Positions 29,746 through 32,000 of a stretch of 32,000 nucleotides of DNA are shown here, one piece after another. The notes beneath the pieces were generated by a model. The model ran no database searches, had not been told where the DNA came from, and saw only the letters and a program-made list of their open reading frames with translations. Numbering within the stretch: the stretch's first letter is position 1; every line of letters starts with the position of its first letter. Made by a program: the position numbers and the translations under genes. The stretch spans positions 150,001 through 182,000 of the forward strand of contig ACYB01000035.1 in NCBI GenBank assembly GCA_000175855.1. Reading direction: 5' to 3'. Source of the stretch: Raphidiopsis brookii D9. GTDB taxonomy: Bacteria; Cyanobacteriota; Cyanobacteriia; Cyanobacteriales; Nostocaceae.

Positions 29746-30231
29746 ATGAAACTAACTAGCAGTTCTTTCGTTGACCATGGTTTAATTCCCATCAAGTATA
29801 CCTGTGATGGTGAAAATATTTCTCCTCCCTTAGTTTGGGATGAGGTTCCTCCGGAAACTGTGAGTTTATCGTTAATTATGGATGACCCAGATGCACCAGG
29901 AAAAACCTTTGTTCATTGGGTTGTTTATGATATTCCCCCAACAATTAACCAACTGTCAGAAAATATAATCAGCAGTCACCATATCCCCGGTGGTGGTATG
30001 CAAGGTAAAAATGATTTTGATATCTTGGGTTATGGCGGTCCTTGTCCACCAAGGGGGATCCACCGTTATTTTTTTCATCTTTACGCATTAGACAAACAGC
30101 TACATTTATCAGCTGGTGTAACTAAAAATGACATTATGGTAGCTATGAGAAATCATGTTTTGGCTAATGCCCAACTTATGGGCAAATATCAGCGTGAAAG
30201 AGCGATCCCTTATGCTTCTAATTATAAATGA
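29746..30231 (+). CDS. YbhB/YbcL family (PEBP, Raf kinase inhibitor-like) protein
   Basis: MKLTSSSFVDHGLIPIKYTCDGENISPPLVWDEVPPETVSLSLIMDDPDAPGKTFVHWVVYDIP...GGMQGKNDFDILGYGGPCPPRGIHRYFFHLYALD. The tracked ORF starts upstream at 29686; the internal ATG at 29746 fits the family N-terminus. Confidence 0.93.
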   Translation: MKLTSSSFVDHGLIPIKYTCDGENISPPLVWDEVPPETVSLSLIMDDPDAPGKTFVHWVVYDIPPTINQLSENIISSHHIPGGGMQGKNDFDILGYGGPCPPRGIHRYFFHLYALDKQLHLSAGVTKNDIMVAMRNHVLANAQLMGKYQRERAIPYASNYK

Positions 30232-30453
30232 CAAGGGTAGGGAGGATATTTTCTCCCTATTAATCCTGATGAAAGGATGTTTTCCAGAATGTTGGGTAAG
30301 GAGGAGAATAGTTTTTCCCCTTGTCTTCAAAATACTACTGGTTTTTTGAGGATTTTGTCAACATGGAAAAGCTCAGATTTCAAAATTCCATATTTTTGTT
30401 TTAATTTACTGACCTTCTACGCTAAACCTTGATGAATAGACTCCCAGAAACTT

Positions 30454-31149
30454 ATGCAATACAAACAAAGGTCTTTTTTTCTTGCTACCCTGATCCTAGG
30501 GGGAATTTTAAGTATTAGTCCTTTGATGACAACTCAGTCTCAAGCAGCAGAATCACTACTAGCACAAGCTGGTAATCGTAAATTACGAGACTTGTTAGAG
30601 CAAGGACGAAGATTAGTAGATTTAGGAGATTACAGCGGCGCTATTGCTGTTTATCAAGATGCAGCCAAGTTAGCGCCTAAAAATGCCAAGATTTATTCTG
30701 GTATTGGTTATTTGTATGCTCAACAAGGCAATTTTTCACAGTCATTATCTGCTTACCGCCAAGCTATTTCCATCAATCCTAACAATAGTGACTTTTACTA
30801 CGCCGTTGGTTATATTAAAGGTAACTTGGGGGATACAGCAGGTGCTAAAGAAGCTTACCGTCGTGCCATCCAGATCAATCGTAACAATTTCAACGCCTAT
30901 TTAGGATTAGGTGTAGTTCAGACCCGTTTAGGGGATTATGAGGCTGCACAGTGGGCTTTTAAACAAGCAAACAAAATAGATGGCAATAACCCACGGGTGT
31001 ACGAGTTAATAGGTGCTATGTTTAAACAGCGTAGACAAATGCAAGAAGCTGGTAATGCTTTAAAACAAGCCCTAAGACTATATCGTACTGGTAGGGATAC
31101 GGACGGAATGATTAGGGTAGAAGAGATGTTAAAAGAAATGGGTGGTTGA
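30454..31149 (+). CDS. TPR-repeat protein with signal peptide
   Basis: 231 aa; N-terminal hydrophobic export signal, then TPR units (GDYSGAIAVYQDAAKLAPKNAKIYSGIGYLYAQQGNFSQSLSAYRQAISINPNN...). Confidence 0.9.
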   Translation: MQYKQRSFFLATLILGGILSISPLMTTQSQAAESLLAQAGNRKLRDLLEQGRRLVDLGDYSGAIAVYQDAAKLAPKNAKIYSGIGYLYAQQGNFSQSLSAYRQAISINPNNSDFYYAVGYIKGNLGDTAGAKEAYRRAIQINRNNFNAYLGLGVVQTRLGDYEAAQWAFKQANKIDGNNPRVYELIGAMFKQRRQMQEAGNALKQALRLYRTGRDTDGMIRVEEMLKEMGG

Positions 31150-31205
31150 CGCTCCCATCGCTAAAAGTGGGGGATTCCCTCTGAGGTAAATTGATTTCAT
31201 GCTTT

Positions 31206-31418
31206 CTAACCTTCATCGTAAGGTTCTAAGTCTAATAAATAAACGTATGGTTCTACCAACTCTGGACGCTGAAAGGCGATCGCCCGCAGTAAATGCCAGT
31301 CATTTAACCCATCAAAAGCATTGCTATAATTATCTAGTTCTAGACGAGCAGCCAAATCTTTGACTTCTGTTGGTGTCATAGCGGCGATTTCTTTCTTAGA
31401 AATGCTTGTAGTTGTCAT
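31206..31418 (-). CDS. Conserved hypothetical protein (70 aa)
   Basis: Short complete ORF MTTTSISKKEIAAMTPTEVKDLAARLELDNYSNAFDGLNDWHLLRAIAFQRPELVEPYVYLLDLEPYDEG. Confidence 0.6.
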   Translation of the reverse strand: MTTTSISKKEIAAMTPTEVKDLAARLELDNYSNAFDGLNDWHLLRAIAFQRPELVEPYVYLLDLEPYDEG

Positions 31419-31691
31419 AATGCTTGCCCCTTTATTTTATAGCGCTAGCGTTTAGCTAGGAGTAGAGTTGTGTGTGAGATTTGACAATCTCCGTGCCTTC
31501 AGGTGCGGAGATTATTAAGACATAGCTGTTTTAATATCCTGATCACCCAACAAATTCTACCTGACATAATATATCCTACTCGAGGTTTAAGCAAGATTTG
31601 TAAATATTTATCCAAATTCTAAATTAGAAAAACTGATGGTTTTTATGTTATGATAGGAAATATATTATTTTTATTGGTTGTGTTTTTCTCA

Positions 31692-31765
31692 CGGGATGTA
31701 GCGCAGCTTGGTAGCGCACTTCGTTCGGGACGAAGGGGCCGCTGGTTCGAATCCAGTCATCCCGA
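31692..31765 (+). tRNA. tRNA-Pro(CGG)
   Basis: CGGGATG acceptor pairs with CATCCCG; anticodon stem-loop CTTCG-TTCGGGA-CGAAG gives anticodon CGG; TpsiC arm GCTGGTTCGAATCCAG-type present; no encoded CCA. Confidence 0.95.
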
Positions 31766-32000
31766 TTGTAAACTGTGACTTGCCAAATCATTTAACCGCG
31801 TTGACAAACTACCTAGTCATCATCAGACTTATCGTACTGTTCAAAAATAAATCATATATTTATCCTTATGATACCTAAACCTTGAGAAAAAACTGTTCAA
31901 AGTCGCATTCTCTCCTATACCCAAGTGTACGGTGCTTACCTTTGTCAGCACGTTTAAACATAGAATTAAAGCAGATATTTTTTTGATGAAGATTTGACAA

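Noticed and set aside
30109-30349. ORFs overlapping the end of the YbhB-like gene on both strands
   Set aside because: No family features and overlap a strong coding sequence.

Overview
Cyanobacterial chromosomal window, probably Nostocales-type (HIP1 GCGATCGC sites, ndhCKJ, rubA-ycf48, suf genes). From left to right: (1) a partial DUF4011-type superfamily I helicase on the minus strand that runs off the left edge; it is missing from the ORF track but open from 3699 to base 1. (2) trpB, ndhJ-ndhK-ndhC. (3) rubA-ycf48, followed directly by a C5-cytosine DNA methyltransferase where psbEFLJ is normally expected. (4) A decayed accessory region: frameshifted and truncated CHAT-domain protein, DUF1822 protein, truncated sigma-70-like gene, antitoxin-like ORF, pentapeptide-repeat protein, the C-terminal tail of a larger protein, and a roughly 280-bp 23S rRNA fragment outside any rRNA operon. 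(5) A C-P lyase (phosphonate) cluster phnH-GNAT-(phnM'/HD-protein remnants)-phnG-phnI-phnJ-phnK-phnL-phnM, with a divergent phnF-like regulator. phnM carries an apparent frameshift and abuts the 23S fragment. (6) Fasciclin and SemiSWEET genes, then sufS-sufD-sufC-sufB with divergent sufR and two CAAC-N6-GTTG SufR-like operators. (7) Small housekeeping or hypothetical genes and tRNA-Pro(CGG). No CRISPR array and no intact transposase were found. The most notable items are the 23S fragment carrying a complete I-CeuI-like site inserted between a gene tail and phnM, the fused phosphonate-gene remnants, the methyltransferase in place of psbEFLJ, and the edge-truncated DUF4011 helicase with structured upstream repeats.
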